Origin: Thermodesulfobacteriota bacterium
GTDB taxonomy: Bacteria; Desulfobacterota_D; UBA1144; Nemesobacterales; JAJCZQ01
Direction: 5' to 3'
Length of the DNA: 64,000 nt
NCBI GenBank assembly: GCA_965215275.1
Contig: OZ244044.1
Location: forward strand, 32,001 to 96,000
Part shown: one piece after another, positions 11,060-22,148 of the stretch
Layout: each line of letters starts with the position of its first letter
Numbering within the stretch: the stretch's first letter is position 1
Notes under the pieces: model-generated
Told to the model about the DNA's origin: nothing
Databases searched by the model: none
The model's input: the letters and a program-made list of their open reading frames with translations, nothing else
Program-made: the position numbers and the translations under genes

Positions 11060-11704
11060 TTGGGTCAGAAAATTAATCCGGTTGGTTTCAGATTAGGTAT
11101 TACCACGAGCTGGAACTCAAAGTGGTACGCGGAGAAGAACAAATACACATATCTGCTGCAGGAAGATATGCAGATCAGGTCCCTGATCAAGAAGAAGTTC
11201 TATCAGGCGGGGATCTCAAGGATCGAGATCGAGAGAGTTGCCACTGAACGCGTGAGGATAGTTATATATTCTGTACGTCCGGGCATACTTATCGGACGGA
11301 AGGGACAGGAGATAGAGGCGCTCAGAAAGCAGCTGAACGGCGTTACAAACAAAGAGGTTTACCTTGATATCAGAGAGGTAAGAAGACCTGAAGTAGACGC
11401 TCAGCTGGTAGCTGAGAACTGTGCGCTTCAGCTTGAACGTCGCGTGGCTTACAGAAGGGCCATGAAGCGCTGTATCTCTTCGGCGCTCCGCATAGGTGCC
11501 ATCGGGATCAAGATCATGGTTTCCGGAAGGCTCGGCGGTGCTGAGATAGCCAGAAAGGAGTGGTACAGAGAGGGGAGAGTGCCCCTTGCGACGCTGAGGG
11601 CCGATATTGACTATGGTTTTGCTGAAGCCAGTACGACCTATGGGATAATCGGAGTTAAAGCGTGGATATTCAAGGGTGAGGTACTGGAGAAAAAATCAAA
11701 ATAA
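11060..11704 (+). CDS. rpsC: 30S ribosomal protein S3 (TTG start)
   Basis: [22 protein letters not shown]. Confidence 0.99.
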   Translation: MGQKINPVGFRLGITTSWNSKWYAEKNKYTYLLQEDMQIRSLIKKKFYQAGISRIEIERVATERVRIVIYSVRPGILIGRKGQEIEALRKQLNGVTNKEVYLDIREVRRPEVDAQLVAENCALQLERRVAYRRAMKRCISSALRIGAIGIKIMVSGRLGGAEIARKEWYREGRVPLATLRADIDYGFAEASTTYGIIGVKAWIFKGEVLEKKSK

Positions 11705-11724
11705 GGTAGTTAATAAAAAGAGCA

Positions 11725-12150
11725 ATGCTGCAGCCAAAGAAGACAAAGTACAGGAAAGTACAGAAGGGGAGGATAAGGGGCAAACCCTCCAAGGGTATGA
11801 AAATATCCTTCGGGGAACTTGCCCTTCAGACACTTGAGAACGGGAGAATAACCTCTCAGCAGATCGAAGCAGCACGTATTGCTATTACCAGAAAGGTCAA
11901 AAGAGGTGCAAGGTTATGGATCAGGATATTCCCGGACAAGCCGGTTACCAAGAAGCCCGCGGAAACCAGAATGGGTAAAGGTAAAGGGGACGTTGATGCC
12001 TGGGTAGCTCCGGTAAGAAAAGGTCAGCTGTTATACGAGATCAGTGGAATTTCCGAGCAGCTCGCACGTGAGGCGTTCAGACTTGCATCGCATAAGCTGC
12101 CCGTGAAGACAAGGGTCGTGTCCAGAGATTACAGTGGAGGTCTGTTCTGA
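11725..12150 (+). CDS. rplP: 50S ribosomal protein L16
   Basis: RMGKGKG, KLPVKT. Confidence 0.99.
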   Translation: MLQPKKTKYRKVQKGRIRGKPSKGMKISFGELALQTLENGRITSQQIEAARIAITRKVKRGARLWIRIFPDKPVTKKPAETRMGKGKGDVDAWVAPVRKGQLLYEISGISEQLAREAFRLASHKLPVKTRVVSRDYSGGLF

Positions 12151-12356
12151 TGGTGACGGCCAGTGAGTTAAGGAGTTTAACAGGTGACGAGTTCGCCAAG
12201 AAGGAAAAAGATATAAGAGAGCAGCTGTTCAGCATCAGGATCCAGGTCTCTACAAAACAGGTGAACAGTTACTCGGAGATAAAGAAATTGAAAAAAGACA
12301 TAGCTCGTATCGAAACGGTTAAAAGAGAAAAGAGCACCGGTTCAGGAGACGTTTAA
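12150..12356 (+). CDS. rpmC: 50S ribosomal protein L29
   Basis: ASELR, KKDIARIET; operon position. Confidence 0.96.
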   Translation: MVTASELRSLTGDEFAKKEKDIREQLFSIRIQVSTKQVNSYSEIKKLKKDIARIETVKREKSTGSGDV

Positions 12357-12601
12357 TGTCCAGAGGAAGACTGAAAACATTGACCGGGCTGGTAGTGGGG
12401 AACAGTATGGATAAAACGGTGGTGGTTTCTATAAACAGGATCAGAAACCATCCTCACTACAAGAAGCCCATAAGGTGGCAGTCCAGGCTCAAGGCCCACG
12501 ATGGCCTTAATAAGTGTCAGATAGGGGATAAAGTGGTTATTGCGGAATCAAGACCTATAAGTAAAACGAAGAGATGGCGAGTGAAAGAGATAATCAAGTG
12601 A
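12356..12601 (+). CDS. rpsQ: 30S ribosomal protein S17
   Basis: [16 protein letters not shown]. Confidence 0.98.
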   Translation: MSRGRLKTLTGLVVGNSMDKTVVVSINRIRNHPHYKKPIRWQSRLKAHDGLNKCQIGDKVVIAESRPISKTKRWRVKEIIK

Positions 12602-12644
12602 GATACGCAGCGGTTTACCTGAGGCTGTCAGGCAGGAGTTACAG

Positions 12645-13013
12645 ATGATCCAGTCAAGTACTTATCTGGAGTCTGCGGATAATACGGGTGCAAAGAGGCT
12701 TTTCTGTATAAAGGTCCTGGGTGGTTCCGGGCGTAAATACGCGCGTCTGGGGGATATCATAACCGTCTCGGTAAAGGAGTCCATACCGAACGCCAGGGTC
12801 GAGAAAGGTGGAGTACACAGAGCGGTGATCGTAAGGACGAAAAAAGAACAGAGGAGACCGGACGGCACGTACGTGAGCTTTGATGACAATGCGGCGGTGA
12901 TAATAAGTAAAGATAATGAACCGGTCGGCACGAGGGTCTTTGGACCCATAGCAAGGGAGTTAAGGGTGAAGGGTTTTATGAAGATAATCTCACTGGCTCC
13001 GGAGGTCGTATGA
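12645..13013 (+). CDS. rplN: 50S ribosomal protein L14
   Basis: ADNTGAK, SLAPEV. Confidence 0.99.
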   Translation: MIQSSTYLESADNTGAKRLFCIKVLGGSGRKYARLGDIITVSVKESIPNARVEKGGVHRAVIVRTKKEQRRPDGTYVSFDDNAAVIISKDNEPVGTRVFGPIARELRVKGFMKIISLAPEVV

Positions 13014-13032
13014 TCCGTATCTGGAGGAACAG

Positions 13033-13350
13033 TTGAAGAAGATCAGTATCAGGTCAGGTGACGTGGTGTACGTTACGACCGGTAAGGATAAGGGCAAGAC
13101 GGGCAAGGTGCTCAGGGTCCTGTCCGATAAAGGCAAGGTGGTGGTGGAGAAGGTGAACGTCGTTAAAAGGCACAGCAAACCCACGCAGAAGAATCCCACC
13201 GGGGGGATACACGACAAGGAACTGCCGGTAGATATATCGAACGTGATGCTGTACGATACCAGTACCAGTTCTCCGACCAGGGTGAGATTCGAGGCCGGAA
13301 AAGACGGTAAGAAGGTCAGGGTCAGTCAGAAAAGCGGAGAGACGATATAA
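13033..13350 (+). CDS. rplX: 50S ribosomal protein L24 (TTG start)
   Basis: [16 protein letters not shown]. Confidence 0.98.
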   Translation: MKKISIRSGDVVYVTTGKDKGKTGKVLRVLSDKGKVVVEKVNVVKRHSKPTQKNPTGGIHDKELPVDISNVMLYDTSTSSPTRVRFEAGKDGKKVRVSQKSGETI

Positions 13351-13904
13351 TGGAGCCAAGACTTAAAACGGTTTACAGAGAGGAGGTACTGCCTGAACTG
13401 ATAAAGAGGTTCTCGTATAAGAACGTTATGCAGGTGCCCAGGATCTCCAGCGTGGTCCTCAACATGGGCCTTGGTCGTCTGTCCGAAGCGGGAAGGAACA
13501 CAAAGATAGTGGAGGAAGCAGCTGATGAACTGATGCAGATAGCGGGACAGAAGACGGTCACGACAAAGGCAAAAAAATCGATAGCGGGATTTAAGCTCAG
13601 AGAGAATGTGAAAATAGGGTGCAAGGTGACGTTACGAGGTAACAGGATGTATGAGTTCCTTGACAGGTTTATCAACCTTTCCCTTCCGAGGGTAAGGGAC
13701 TTCAGGGGAGTTAACCCCGTGTCCTTCGATGGGAACGGGAACTATACCCTTGGCGTCAGGGAGCATATAATATTCCCTGAGATCGATTACAGCAGGGTGC
13801 AGACCGTTAAAGGGCTGAACGTAAGTATAGTAACCACTTCTGAAACGGACGCCGAGGCACTTGAGCTGCTGAGATTACTGGGAATGCCGTTCTCAAAAAA
13901 TTAA
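13350..13904 (+). CDS. rplE: 50S ribosomal protein L5
   Basis: [14 protein letters not shown]. Confidence 0.99.
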   Translation: MEPRLKTVYREEVLPELIKRFSYKNVMQVPRISSVVLNMGLGRLSEAGRNTKIVEEAADELMQIAGQKTVTTKAKKSIAGFKLRENVKIGCKVTLRGNRMYEFLDRFINLSLPRVRDFRGVNPVSFDGNGNYTLGVREHIIFPEIDYSRVQTVKGLNVSIVTTSETDAEALELLRLLGMPFSKN

Positions 13905-13914
13905 GAGGAAGATC

Positions 13915-14100
13915 ATGACAAGAAAAGCATTACTGGAAAAAGCAAAGAAAGAACCGAAGTTCGCGGTCAGGAAGGTCAGCCGGTGCGGTGCGTGCGGAAG
14001 AACGAGGGGTTTTATGAGAAAATTCGGAATATGCAGATTATGTTTTAGAAAAATGGCCAGTGCGGGGCTGATCCCCGGCGTACGAAAGGCAAGTTTGTAG
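13915..14100 (+). CDS. rpsN: 30S ribosomal protein S14, zinc-binding type Z
   Basis: 61 aa, RCGACGR...ICRLCFR. Confidence 0.98.
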   Translation: MTRKALLEKAKKEPKFAVRKVSRCGACGRTRGFMRKFGICRLCFRKMASAGLIPGVRKASL

Positions 14101-14109
14101 GAGGTATCC

Positions 14110-14505
14110 ATGACCGATCCAATTGCAGATATGTTGTCCAGGATAAGGAACGCGATCATTGCAGGGCACGACAGGGTGAAGATCCCTCATTCCGTGGTCA
14201 AGTCCCATATAGTCAGAGTGTTGAAAGAGGAAGGTTATATCGATAAGGTGGAAGTCTCCAAAGAAGACAGCGTAAAGAAGTTCCTGATACTTAAACTGAA
14301 ATATACGGAGAAAGGGGAATCTGCAATAAATGAAATAAAAAGGGTAAGTAAGCTCAGCAGAAGGGTATACGCTGGCAGACATGATATACCCAGGGTCAAG
14401 GCCGGGATGGGAATATCCATTCTTTCCACTTCAAAGGGGATCGTTACGGGAGTGGCCGCAAGAAAACAGGGAATTGGTGGAGAGGTTATCTGTACCGTCA
14501 GTTAA
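14110..14505 (+). CDS. rpsH: 30S ribosomal protein S8
   Basis: DPIADMLSRIRN, STSKGI. Confidence 0.99.
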   Translation: MTDPIADMLSRIRNAIIAGHDRVKIPHSVVKSHIVRVLKEEGYIDKVEVSKEDSVKKFLILKLKYTEKGESAINEIKRVSKLSRRVYAGRHDIPRVKAGMGISILSTSKGIVTGVAARKQGIGGEVICTVS

Positions 14506-14520
14506 AAAAAGGTAGATCAA

Positions 14521-15069
14521 ATGTCCCGGATCGGAAGAAGAGCCGTTAAATTATCAGATAAGGTGAGCGTAGAGACAAAAGGCAGGGTCGTTTATGTAAA
14601 GGGTCCCAGGGGAGAACTGGAAGTAAGCCTGCCAGGCGGGATAGAGGTTAACGTTGAGCAAGGCAGCGTAAAAGTGACCAGACGCGGTGACGATAAGCAG
14701 AGCCGTACCGATCATGGACTGGCCAGGTCGCTGCTTCAGAACTCGGTTACGGGTGTATCCGAAGGTTTTTCCAAGACCCTGGAGATAGTGGGTACCGGTT
14801 ACAAGGCGGAAACGGCCGGCAGCGGGGGTTTGAAGCTCAGCCTTGGTTACTCGCACGTGATAGATTTTACCCTGCCGGAGGGAATTAAGGCAAAGGCAGA
14901 AGAAAGGGGTACAGTTTTAACTCTGGAAGGAATAGACAAGCAACTGGTCGGTGAGACCGCTGCAAAGATCAGGCAGCTGCGAAAGCCCGATGCCTACAAG
15001 GGAAAAGGGGTAAGGTACAGAGGGGAATACATGAAACTGAAGGTCGGTAAGGCTGGAGCTACAAAATGA
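14521..15069 (+). CDS. rplF: 50S ribosomal protein L6
   Basis: MSRIG, PDAYKGKGVRY. Confidence 0.99.
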   Translation: MSRIGRRAVKLSDKVSVETKGRVVYVKGPRGELEVSLPGGIEVNVEQGSVKVTRRGDDKQSRTDHGLARSLLQNSVTGVSEGFSKTLEIVGTGYKAETAGSGGLKLSLGYSHVIDFTLPEGIKAKAEERGTVLTLEGIDKQLVGETAAKIRQLRKPDAYKGKGVRYRGEYMKLKVGKAGATK

Positions 15070-15449
15070 GCAATAAGCTTTCAAGAAAGGCAAGAAAGGA
15101 CGTCCGGCATAAAAGGATAAGAAAAAAACTCTCCGGTACCGCCGATGTACCGAGGATCTCCGTGTACAGATCAAAAAAGAACATCTCCGCGCAGGTCGTG
15201 GACGACGTCAGTCAGAGTACGCTCCTTCATGTCTCCTCTCTATCACCTTATTTTTCTGATAAGGTAAAAGAGGCGGACGGGAACGTGTCAAGGAAAGTGG
15301 CAATATCAAAACTGGTCGGTAAGCATCTGGCGCAGCTTGCAAAGGGCAAAGGTATTGAGCAGGCCCGTTTTGACAGAGGGGGCTATTCTTATCACGGCAG
15401 GGTGAAGGCACTTGCCGATGGACTTAGAGAAGGCGGGATCAAGATCTAA
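15066..15449 (+). CDS. rplR: 50S ribosomal protein L18
   Basis: FDRGGYSYHGRVKALAD. Confidence 0.99.
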   Translation: MSNKLSRKARKDVRHKRIRKKLSGTADVPRISVYRSKKNISAQVVDDVSQSTLLHVSSLSPYFSDKVKEADGNVSRKVAISKLVGKHLAQLAKGKGIEQARFDRGGYSYHGRVKALADGLREGGIKI

Positions 15450-15467
15450 AACTTTAGGAGGAGAGCG

Positions 15468-15995
15468 TTGCAGAGAAAATACGTGGAACCGGAAGGTCTG
15501 GAACTGGAAGAAAAGGTGGTGCACATAAGAAGGGTCGCAAAGGTCACAAAGGGTGGCAAGAGGTTCCATTTCACCGCACTGGCCGTTGTTGGTAACAGGG
15601 ACGGCGTGGTTGGTTCCGGTCTGGGTAAATCCAACGAGGTACCTGATGCTATAAGAAAGGCCGTTGAGAAGGCAAAGAAAACCCTCATAGAGATACCCAG
15701 AGATGGGTCGACCATACCACATGAAATAATCGCCAAACATATTTCGACCACGGTGAAATTAATGCCGGCTGCACCTGGTACGGGAGTAATTGCCGGTGGT
15801 GCCGTCAGGGCAGTGGTATCACTTGCGGGAATGTACGATATTTTATCAAAGGTACTCGGGTCAAGAAATCCTATGAACGTGGTCCTGGCGGTTATGAAGG
15901 GACTGTCCGAGCTGCAGGTTCCTTCACAGATCGCTTCGGTCAGGAACAAGGAATTAAGTGAACTTGATATGATCAAAGGTTATTCAGCAGGTTAA
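15468..15995 (+). CDS. rpsE: 30S ribosomal protein S5 (TTG start)
   Basis: RVAKVTKGGK, PGTGVIAGG. Confidence 0.99.
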   Translation: MQRKYVEPEGLELEEKVVHIRRVAKVTKGGKRFHFTALAVVGNRDGVVGSGLGKSNEVPDAIRKAVEKAKKTLIEIPRDGSTIPHEIIAKHISTTVKLMPAAPGTGVIAGGAVRAVVSLAGMYDILSKVLGSRNPMNVVLAVMKGLSELQVPSQIASVRNKELSELDMIKGYSAG

Positions 15996-16007
15996 CAGAG
16001 GTTTTTT

Positions 16008-16439
16008 ATGCTTGAAAGATTATCTCCGTCAAAAGGTTCAAAGAAGTCTTCTAAAAGGGTCGGAAGGGGTTTTGGCTCAAAGGGAAGGCAGAGCGGTAAA
16101 GGGCACAAGGGTCAGTCGTCAAGGTCCGGAAGGAGCGTCTCACGCTGGTTCGAGGGTGGACAGACCCCGTTAAAGCTCAGGGTTCCGAAAAGGGGATTTA
16201 AGAACAGGTTCAAAAGATCCTTTGATGTTGTGAACGTGATGGACCTGTCGGTTTTTGAAGAAGATCAGAAAGTATCGATCGAATCCCTGGTTAACAAGGG
16301 TCTGGTAAGCGGTAAGAAGGAAGTGAAACTGCTGGGAGATGGTCAGCTGGATAAAAAACTTACCGTGCAGGTAAACGCGGCAAGTAAACCGGCAAAAGAG
16401 AAAATAGAAAAGTGCGGTGGTAGTATAGAGATCATATGA
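16008..16439 (+). CDS. rplO: 50S ribosomal protein L15
   Basis: GHKGQ, FEGGQTPL, PKRGF. Confidence 0.99.
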   Translation: MLERLSPSKGSKKSSKRVGRGFGSKGRQSGKGHKGQSSRSGRSVSRWFEGGQTPLKLRVPKRGFKNRFKRSFDVVNVMDLSVFEEDQKVSIESLVNKGLVSGKKEVKLLGDGQLDKKLTVQVNAASKPAKEKIEKCGGSIEII

Positions 16440-17767
16440 GTAGTAACGTTTCCTCCCTTCCAAGAATACCGGAGCTGAACAAGCGTCTGCTGTTTACGGC
16501 CTTTATGCTCATTATATACAGACTGGGCGTTTTTATCCCGATACCGGGGATAGACCCTGATCAGATAGCCCGTCTGTTCGAGCAGACCCAGGGAACTATA
16601 TTTGATATACTGAACATGTTTTCCGGCGGCGCCCTGGAGCAGGCTTCGATATTTGCACTTGGAGTTATGCCTTATATTACCTCGTCCATTATCATGTCCT
16701 TACTCGTTAAAGCGTTCCCGTCCCTGGAGGCGATGCAGAAGGAAGGAGAGGCCGGCAGGAGAAAGATAAATCAGTATTCAAGGTACGGGACTATCCTTAT
16801 CTGTATAGTTCAGGGATTTATGCTCGCTCTGACCCTGGAGGGGGGCAGCTTCGGTGCCGTGGGGATCGGTTCCTCTGCGGCAACGGACCCAGGATGGGGG
16901 TTCAAGATAGTGACCGTGTTAACGCTCACTGCCGGATCGATGTTCGTGATGTGGCTGGGTGAGCAGATATCCGAGCACGGGATAGGTAACGGTATATCCC
17001 TGATAATAGCCGTTTCGATACTTGCGGGGCTCCCGGGTGCGTTCTGGAACATGGTCAGGCTTGTAACGACCGAGGAACTGACCGTGTTGGGAGTACTGCT
17101 GATCTTGCTTTTCCTCGGCGTTCTGGTAGCAATGATAGTTTTTGTCGAAAGATCTTACAGGAAGATCCCCGTACAGTACCCGAGGAGGGTCGTGGGAAGA
17201 AAGGTTTATGGAGGACAGACGTCTCACCTGCCCCTCAAGACCAACCCCGCGGGGGTAATACCTCCGATCTTTGCCTCGTCACTTCTGATATTCCCGGCTA
17301 CCGTACTGACCTTTATTGACGTTCCGTTCCTGAGGAGCGCGTCCGAGGTCATGTTTCAGAACGCCTTGTTCTATAACGCTATATTTGCAGGTCTTATAAT
17401 ATTCTTCTGCTATTTTTATACTGCAATAATTTACGACCCGGACGACCTGGCGGATAACCTGAGAAAAAATGGCGGGAATATTCCCGGTATAAGACCGGGT
17501 AAGAGAACTTCTGAATACATCGGGAACGTGCTTAATCAGATAACCTTCATAGGTGCGATCTACCTTGCTGCCGTGTGCGTTCTGCCTGCGTTCCTGGAAA
17601 GAGAGCCCTTTAATCTGCCGTTTTATTTTGGAGGCGTGTCCCTTTTGATAGTGATAGGTGTTACGCTGGACTTTCTGCAGCAGATAGAGTCCTTTCTCAT
17701 TACTCACAGTTATGAAGGTTTTGTAAAAAAGAAAGGGATGAAAGGTCCAAGGAGATTCGGGAGCTAG
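16436..17767 (+). CDS. secY: Preprotein translocase subunit SecY
   Basis: SIFALGVMPYI, WLGEQI, GIRPGK; multiple TM segments. Confidence 0.99.
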   Translation: MSSNVSSLPRIPELNKRLLFTAFMLIIYRLGVFIPIPGIDPDQIARLFEQTQGTIFDILNMFSGGALEQASIFALGVMPYITSSIIMSLLVKAFPSLEAMQKEGEAGRRKINQYSRYGTILICIVQGFMLALTLEGGSFGAVGIGSSAATDPGWGFKIVTVLTLTAGSMFVMWLGEQISEHGIGNGISLIIAVSILAGLPGAFWNMVRLVTTEELTVLGVLLILLFLGVLVAMIVFVERSYRKIPVQYPRRVVGRKVYGGQTSHLPLKTNPAGVIPPIFASSLLIFPATVLTFIDVPFLRSASEVMFQNALFYNAIFAGLIIFFCYFYTAIIYDPDDLADNLRKNGGNIPGIRPGKRTSEYIGNVLNQITFIGAIYLAAVCVLPAFLEREPFNLPFYFGGVSLLIVIGVTLDFLQQIESFLITHSYEGFVKKKGMKGPRRFGS

Positions 17768-17774
17768 GAGAGTT

Positions 17775-18344
17775 ATGCGGATAATAATATTCGGACCACC
17801 TGGAGCAGGTAAGGGAACACAGGCAGCCCATATAAACGAGAGGTTTAAAGTTCCTCACATATCCACCGGGGACCTGCTGAGGGAAGCCGTGAAAAATGAA
17901 ACAAAGACGGGTCTGCTTGCCAGCTCCTATATGAACAGCGGAGCCCTTGTGCCTGACACCGTGATGATCGAGATGATCAGGGAGAGACTGACCAGGTCGG
18001 AGAACGACGTCTTTATGCTCGACGGGTTCCCAAGAACGGTCGCACAGGCCGAGGCACTTGATGAAACGCTTGAAGAGGCAGATCTGAAGTTGGATATGGT
18101 TATATTCCTTGACGTGAATGATGACGAGGTCGTTTCAAGGATACTGAACAGACAGGAGATCGAGGGAAGACAGGACGATTCCAGGGACGTGGTAAGAGAA
18201 AGACTGAACGTGTACAGAGAAAAGACGTCACCTCTTGTAAACTACTATGGATCAAAGGGTATTTTAAGGAAAGTAGACGGGATCGGCAGCGTTGATGAAA
18301 TATCACGGAGAATAGACCGGTTATTATTATCACTTGAACAATGA
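17775..18344 (+). CDS. adk: Adenylate kinase (short-LID type)
   Basis: GPPGAGKGTQA, LDGFPRT, GRQDD. Confidence 0.98.
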   Translation: MRIIIFGPPGAGKGTQAAHINERFKVPHISTGDLLREAVKNETKTGLLASSYMNSGALVPDTVMIEMIRERLTRSENDVFMLDGFPRTVAQAEALDETLEEADLKLDMVIFLDVNDDEVVSRILNRQEIEGRQDDSRDVVRERLNVYREKTSPLVNYYGSKGILRKVDGIGSVDEISRRIDRLLLSLEQ

Positions 18345-19096
18345 TCCATTTAAAGACGAAAGAAGAGCTGAAAAAAATGAGGCTGGCCGCCAGTGCCGTA
18401 AAAGAGGTACTGCTGAGCCTGAAGGAGAACGTAAAAGAGGGCGTGTCAACCTGGCAGCTTAACAGGATAGCCGAGGATATTGTGGACAGAAGGTCTTATA
18501 AGGCAGCGTTCAAAGGTTATTCCAACTATCCGGCCTCTGTGTGTTTTGCTTTAAATGAAGAGGTGGTGCATGGAATACCGTCAAAGGACAAGGTCTTGAA
18601 GGAAGGTGACGTTCTGGGAATAGATTTTGGTGCCTGCGTGGACGGGTATTACGGGGATTCCGCCATAACCGTTCCCGTGGGAAGGGTCTCGGAACTGACA
18701 AGGAAATTGCTGGAGGTTACTGAAACTTCATTGTTATTAGGTATTGACAATGCAAAACCAGAGAACATAATGAAAAGTATTTCCAAGTCGATACAGGACC
18801 ACGTGGAAAGTCAGGGGTTTTCAGTTGTAAAATCGTTTGTGGGTCACGGGATCGGGAAAAGCCTGCACGAAGAACCGCAGGTACCCAATTACGTTGAAAG
18901 TTCCCAGAGCGGGATCAGGCTTAAGAACGGTATGGTCCTGGCGATCGAACCTATGGTCAACGCCGGGACGGACGAGATAAAGATCTTAAATGACGGCTGG
19001 ACTGCTGTTACGGCAGATGGTAAACTTTCAGCTCACTTTGAGCATACCGTGGCAATAACTGATAACGGTGCAGAGGTATTGACCAAATTAAATTAA
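18341..19096 (+). CDS. map: Methionine aminopeptidase type I
   Basis: VVHGIP, GHGIG, AIEPM, SAHFEHT. Confidence 0.99.
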   Translation: MIHLKTKEELKKMRLAASAVKEVLLSLKENVKEGVSTWQLNRIAEDIVDRRSYKAAFKGYSNYPASVCFALNEEVVHGIPSKDKVLKEGDVLGIDFGACVDGYYGDSAITVPVGRVSELTRKLLEVTETSLLLGIDNAKPENIMKSISKSIQDHVESQGFSVVKSFVGHGIGKSLHEEPQVPNYVESSQSGIRLKNGMVLAIEPMVNAGTDEIKILNDGWTAVTADGKLSAHFEHTVAITDNGAEVLTKLN

Positions 19097-19110
19097 TGTA
19101 TGGGACCTGA

Positions 19111-19332
19111 ATGGCAAAGGAACAGAGATTAGAATTCGAGGGAACGATCGTAGAGTCGTTACCAAATGCTATGTTCAGGGTTGAGATAGAGGGTAAACAT
19201 CAGATCCTGGCTTACGTATCGGGAAAGATGAGAACGAGGTTCATAAGGATACTTCCAGGGGACAGGGTTAAACTTGAACTGTCGCCGTACGATCTGACAA
19301 AGGGCAGGATCACCTACAGGCTGAAAAAATAG
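19111..19332 (+). CDS. infA: Translation initiation factor IF-1
   Basis: [18 protein letters not shown]. Confidence 0.99.
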   Translation: MAKEQRLEFEGTIVESLPNAMFRVEIEGKHQILAYVSGKMRTRFIRILPGDRVKLELSPYDLTKGRITYRLKK

Positions 19333-19352
19333 TGCAGGTGCGGGAATAAATC

Positions 19353-19466
19353 GTGAAAGTAAGAGCGTCGGTAAAGAAGATCTGTGATAAATGCAAGATA
19401 ATCAGAAGGAACGGTATCGTCAGGGTTATCTGCATTAATAAAAGACACAAGCAGAGGCAAGGTTAG
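19353..19466 (+). CDS. rpmJ: 50S ribosomal protein L36 (GTG start; below the ORF-track cutoff)
   Basis: Translates to [37 protein letters not shown]. Confidence 0.98.
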   Translation: MKVRASVKKICDKCKIIRRNGIVRVICINKRHKQRQG

Positions 19467-19485
19467 CTCAGGAGGAAAGCAGTTT

Positions 19486-19866
19486 ATGCCAAGGATCGCA
19501 GGAATAGATATTCCTTTAAATAAAAGAGTGGAAGTGGGATTGACCTATATATATGGTATTGGCAGACAGACTTCAAGGGATATCCTGAAGCTGGCAGATA
19601 TCGATCTGGATAAAGCGTCCAAGGACCTGGACGGCAATGAAGTTGCCAGGTTAAGGGAAATAATCGAGACTGATTACACGGTTGAAGGTGACTTAAGGAA
19701 AGAGATCCAGAACAACATCAGAAGACTGATCGAAATAGGTTGCTACAGGGGGATAAGGCACAGGCAGGGTTTACCCGTAAGGGGACAGAAAACAAAATCA
19801 AATGCAAGGACCAGAAAAGGTCCAAAGGGTTCGGCAATCGCTAAAAAGAAAAAAGTAGGGAAGTGA
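19486..19866 (+). CDS. rpsM: 30S ribosomal protein S13
   Basis: [18 protein letters not shown]. Confidence 0.99.
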   Translation: MPRIAGIDIPLNKRVEVGLTYIYGIGRQTSRDILKLADIDLDKASKDLDGNEVARLREIIETDYTVEGDLRKEIQNNIRRLIEIGCYRGIRHRQGLPVRGQKTKSNARTRKGPKGSAIAKKKKVGK

Positions 19867-19887
19867 TCATAAGTTCGGAGCTTTATA

Positions 19888-20274
19888 ATGGCTAAAAAGA
19901 AGGTAACAAAGAGAAAAGTTAAAAAGTTCGTTGAAGAAGGCGTGGTAAATATAAAGGCGACCTTTAACAATACCATTGTCAGCATCAGCGATCCGAAGGG
20001 CAACGTCCTTTCGTGGTCAAGCGGTGGAGCGAGAGGCTTTAAAGGAACGAGAAAGGGTACGCCGTTTGCAGCTCAGGTGGCAGCGGAGGATGCCGCAAAT
20101 AAAGCGGCCTCCATGGGCATGAAATCAGTTCAGGTCTTTGTGAAAGGACCGGGACCGGGCAGGGAACCTGCGATCAGATCACTGCAGGCGTCGGGACTGC
20201 GGGTCTCGTTCATAAGGGATATTACCCCTCTTCCCCATAACGGCTGCAGGCCTCCGGGAAAAAGAAGGGTATAG
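19888..20274 (+). CDS. rpsK: 30S ribosomal protein S11
   Basis: [14 protein letters not shown]. Confidence 0.99.
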   Translation: MAKKKVTKRKVKKFVEEGVVNIKATFNNTIVSISDPKGNVLSWSSGGARGFKGTRKGTPFAAQVAAEDAANKAASMGMKSVQVFVKGPGPGREPAIRSLQASGLRVSFIRDITPLPHNGCRPPGKRRV

Positions 20275-20325
20275 AAAGTTATAAGTTCAGTATTATTCGT
20301 TTTTGAGGAGGTTAGATAATTTCAT

Positions 20326-20949
20326 ATGGGAAGATACACGGGACCAACTGACAGGCTTTCAAGAAGAGAAGGGATCAACCTGTTTCTCAAGGGTGAGCGG
20401 AGCTACAGTGGAAAATCTTCAGTAGAGTCCAGGCATCCGCCTGGAGAACATGGTCAGAGACGAACCAAGTTCTCTGAATACTGCGTGCGTCTCAGGGAAA
20501 AACAGAAGGTAAAGAGAATGTACGGACTGAGGGAAAAGCAGTTCAGAAGGTATTTTAAAAAAGCCGCCAAGCTGGAGGGTATAACGGGTTCGATCCTGAT
20601 ATCCATGCTTGAACGAAGGCTTGATAACGTTATTTATCATCTGAGCTTTGCCAGTACAAGGAGCGACGCACGTCAGCTGGTCGGACATAAACACGTGCTG
20701 GTCAATGATAGAACAGTGAACATCCCTTCCTTTCAGGTCGGTGAAGGGGACGTGGTTGCAGTGAGGGACAAGAGCAAGAGACTTTCCAGGATCAATCAGT
20801 CTCTGGAGCTGCTTACGAGAAAGCCTGTACCTCAATGGCTGGAACATGACAAGGATAATTACAGGGGCGTGGTGAAAAGATTACCGGAAAGAGAGGACGT
20901 GACGTTCCCGATCGATGAACAGTTGATCGTGGAGTTTTATTCAAGATAA
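20326..20949 (+). CDS. rpsD: 30S ribosomal protein S4
   Basis: LREKQK, LERRLDNV, LIVEFYSR. Confidence 0.99.
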   Translation: MGRYTGPTDRLSRREGINLFLKGERSYSGKSSVESRHPPGEHGQRRTKFSEYCVRLREKQKVKRMYGLREKQFRRYFKKAAKLEGITGSILISMLERRLDNVIYHLSFASTRSDARQLVGHKHVLVNDRTVNIPSFQVGEGDVVAVRDKSKRLSRINQSLELLTRKPVPQWLEHDKDNYRGVVKRLPEREDVTFPIDEQLIVEFYSR

Positions 20950-20975
20950 TAAATCAGGAAAAAGGGTTATAAATT

Positions 20976-22112
20976 ATGGAAAATCTCCCAGAAAAAAGTT
21001 CACAGGAAGTAGATTCAAAGCAGTTCCAGAAAAACTGGAAGGACCTTATCCATCCCAGAAGGATCGAAAAGGACGAGAAGGTCTCCACTGAAACGTACGG
21101 CAAGTTCGTCTGCGAACCTCTTGAAAGGGGCTACGGGGTGACCCTTGGTAATTCATTGAGAAGGGTCTTGCTTTCTTCCATACAGGGTCCTGCGATCACG
21201 GGCGTGAAGATCGACGGTGTGCTCCATGAATTCTCGACCGTGCCGGGAGTTAAGGAAGATGTTACGGAGATCGTTATTAACCTTAAAAGCCTGAATCTGG
21301 AAATGCACACGGACCAGCCACAGGTATTGAGGTTAAAGTTCGAAGGTCCCGGTAATGCCACGGCTTCGGACATAGAGGAAAATCACATGGTATCCGTGAT
21401 CAACAGTGATCAGCATATAGCAACGGTATCGGAAGACAGCCTGCTTGAAATGGAGATCACGGTTGAGATGGGCAGAGGCTACGAACCCGTTGAGAGGAGG
21501 AACAAGGTTCAGAAGAACATAGGGACCGTACATATCGATGGTCTGTTCTCACCTGTAAGGAAAGTTAACTTCATAGTTACTAATGCAAGGGTGGGAAGAA
21601 GGACGGATTATGAAAAACTGACCCTTGAAATATGGACAAATGGTACGATACTTCCCGAAGATGCCCTTGCTTACGCTGCAAAGATCATCAAACAGCAGCT
21701 GAACATATTTATTAATTTCGATGAAACGCTTTTTGAAGAGGAAGAAGAGGAGAAGGATATAAAGGGGACCAGGGGCAATGAGGAGATCCTTTTCGACCTC
21801 ATTAAAGATATAGACCTGTCCGCCAGATCGTTCAACTGCTTAAAAAAGGCGAACGTTGTGTTTCTGGGCGAGTTAATTCAGAAGACAGAGGACGACCTTT
21901 TGAACCTGGAGAATTTCGGGAAAAGGTCTCTTGATGAAATTAACAATAAACTTAAGGATATGTCACTGAAGCTGAATTCAGATATTGACGTTGAGTTGTT
22001 CGAGCAGGAAAGGGCAAGAAAAATAGCTTCGGATGAACTCCTCAGAAAGCGCGTCAGTGAACTGTCTGAGCAGGAAAGGGCAGGCGGGCTGGATGCAGGT
22101 GAGGACGGCTGA
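20976..22112 (+). CDS. rpoA: RNA polymerase alpha subunit
   Basis: EPLERGYGVTLGNSLRRVLLSS, NFGKRSL. Confidence 0.99.
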   Translation: MENLPEKSSQEVDSKQFQKNWKDLIHPRRIEKDEKVSTETYGKFVCEPLERGYGVTLGNSLRRVLLSSIQGPAITGVKIDGVLHEFSTVPGVKEDVTEIVINLKSLNLEMHTDQPQVLRLKFEGPGNATASDIEENHMVSVINSDQHIATVSEDSLLEMEITVEMGRGYEPVERRNKVQKNIGTVHIDGLFSPVRKVNFIVTNARVGRRTDYEKLTLEIWTNGTILPEDALAYAAKIIKQQLNIFINFDETLFEEEEEEKDIKGTRGNEEILFDLIKDIDLSARSFNCLKKANVVFLGELIQKTEDDLLNLENFGKRSLDEINNKLKDMSLKLNSDIDVELFEQERARKIASDELLRKRVSELSEQERAGGLDAGEDG

Positions 22113-22148
22113 TAAAGATATTGTGACCGGGAGAGATCGGAGAATCAT

